The notes beneath the pieces are model-generated. The model worked only from the letters and a program-made list of their open reading frames with translations, made no database searches and was not told the origin of the DNA. A stretch of DNA of 59,407 bases, filler included, from Fonticula-like sp. SCN 57-25 (taxonomy: Eukaryota): NCBI GenBank assembly GCA_001724245.1. It is 5 parts of 5 records of this genome, joined end to end, with 100 filler letters (N's around TTAATTAATTAA, not from the genome) between each part and the next. Parts side by side here need not be neighbours in the genome. Positions count along the whole stretch, not along the records: positions 44,067 to 59,407 come from MEDX01000214.1; 4 more parts are not named here. One strand, written 5' to 3'. Of this stretch, positions 58,413-59,407 are shown piece by piece. Each line of letters begins with the position of its first letter. Position 1 is the first letter of the stretch. The position numbers were made by a program, and so were the translations under genes.

Positions 58413-59360
58413 CTAGGATACTTCGGGACAACGGCAACGGCTGTCGTATCTGGCAATTGCGTCAAAAATGCATTCCAAAAAGTATGCAGCATACCATGTG
58501 GAGCATGGGGGGTGGCTCAAACACTCGCGTAAGGCCGGGATGAGACGGAGCAAAGAGTGCGCGAGATTGCGACGGCCTACTAAACGCGGATTCTCTCGAC
58601 TAAAGAGAAAAGGATTAGCGATGTCGCAAACGTATGAGTACTCTATGCCCCCCCACCCCTCAACAGAAAAACGTACCACTTGAACGGTTCCCGACGGCGG
58701 CTGAGCAGCGGCGAGAGACGCAAGTGCACTGAGTGACTCCGTTGGCTGCGTCGCCTCTGCGCGGATGGCAGCAACGATCTCGGCCTCTGCAGTGGTAGCA
58801 GCAGCAGCAGCGGCCGCGTTCGCCCGCACATGTTCCCGCACGCGCTGTCGAATAATGTCCCTTGTTGAGCCACTTTTCGCAGGTACTCCTCTCTGTGGTA
58901 AGGTGCGACTCCCGACAGCCTTCTTCCGCAACGACGATGACGACTGCTCGCGCTGGGAGTCGTCATGTTCCAAGTGCGGGACAGCAGGGGCAGAGTAGGC
59001 ACTGACATTATCAGGTTGCGTTAGAGGAGCTTGATAAGCAAAAGCGAGAGACTGCTGCCTTGCCGGGCCGCTTGTCTCGAGACCGCGGAACTGTGGTGGA
59101 AGGATCGGCAGACGAATTGGTGACAAAGAGGACGCCTGGGCGAATCGGTTGGAAATGACAGACTCATCCTTGGGTTCCTCCGCAATGGGCGAGATCGACG
59201 AAACCTGCCAGGCGCCGGAAGGGTGCTGAACTCTCCCGGCCGCCCTGCTGTCGGGGTCAATTTCAGGCGCCTGCGCGGACGCCCGCGCGTCAGCGATGTC
59301 CTCCCCTTCTGGCGACCCACTGGCAAGACGCCTAGTAGTTGTTGACTTTCGCCTTCTCAT
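58413..59360 (-). CDS. Low-complexity hypothetical protein fragment, probably spliced and extending beyond the window
   Basis: 315-aa S/A/P-rich ORF only; no recognisable domain. Confidence 0.3.
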   Translation of the reverse strand: MRRRKSTTTRRLASGSPEGEDIADARASAQAPEIDPDSRAAGRVQHPSGAWQVSSISPIAEEPKDESVISNRFAQASSLSPIRLPILPPQFRGLETSGPARQQSLAFAYQAPLTQPDNVSAYSAPAVPHLEHDDSQREQSSSSLRKKAVGSRTLPQRGVPAKSGSTRDIIRQRVREHVRANAAAAAAATTAEAEIVAAIRAEATQPTESLSALASLAAAQPPSGTVQVVRFSVEGWGGIEYSYVCDIANPFLFSRENPRLVGRRNLAHSLLRLIPALRECLSHPPCSTWYAAYFLECIFDAIARYDSRCRCPEVS

Positions 59361-59407
59361 GTCCTGGTTGCGACGCGACAGGTGAGCTCGCGAGTCTAGG
59401 TGAGGAT

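Overview
The window is not one replicon. It is five unrelated contigs joined by artificial N44-TTAATTAATTAA-N44 spacers: 1-10940, 11041-21976, 22077-32999, 33100-43966 and 44067-59407. Four contigs come from a compact, intron-containing opisthokont (fungus-like) eukaryote and carry housekeeping genes such as IleRS, CTF4/WDHD1, tRNase Z, URB1, SIN1, a MEF2-type MADS factor and OMA1. They also hold two odd domain fusions: DOMON-cytochrome b561 joined to a DBH-like module lacking copper ligands, and a dual-specificity phosphatase joined to a receiver domain. Contig 2 is different: an apparently complete ~10.9 kb circular, very GC-rich, intronless, one-strand bacterial virus genome. It encodes a pC194/pIJ101-type rolling-circle Rep, an FtsK/HerA(A32)-type packaging ATPase, a probable double-jelly-roll major capsid protein, many small membrane proteins, a membrane-anchored M15 peptidase and a holin-like gene. 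This fits a tailless, internal-membrane PM2/STIV/FLiP-like phage. Its DNA carries at least 24 copies of the heptamer CGTTAGG/CCTAACG, on both strands and in several reading frames, which suggests an unexplained DNA-level signal. All protein calls are motif recognition by eye; no searches were run. Spliced gene ends are approximate.
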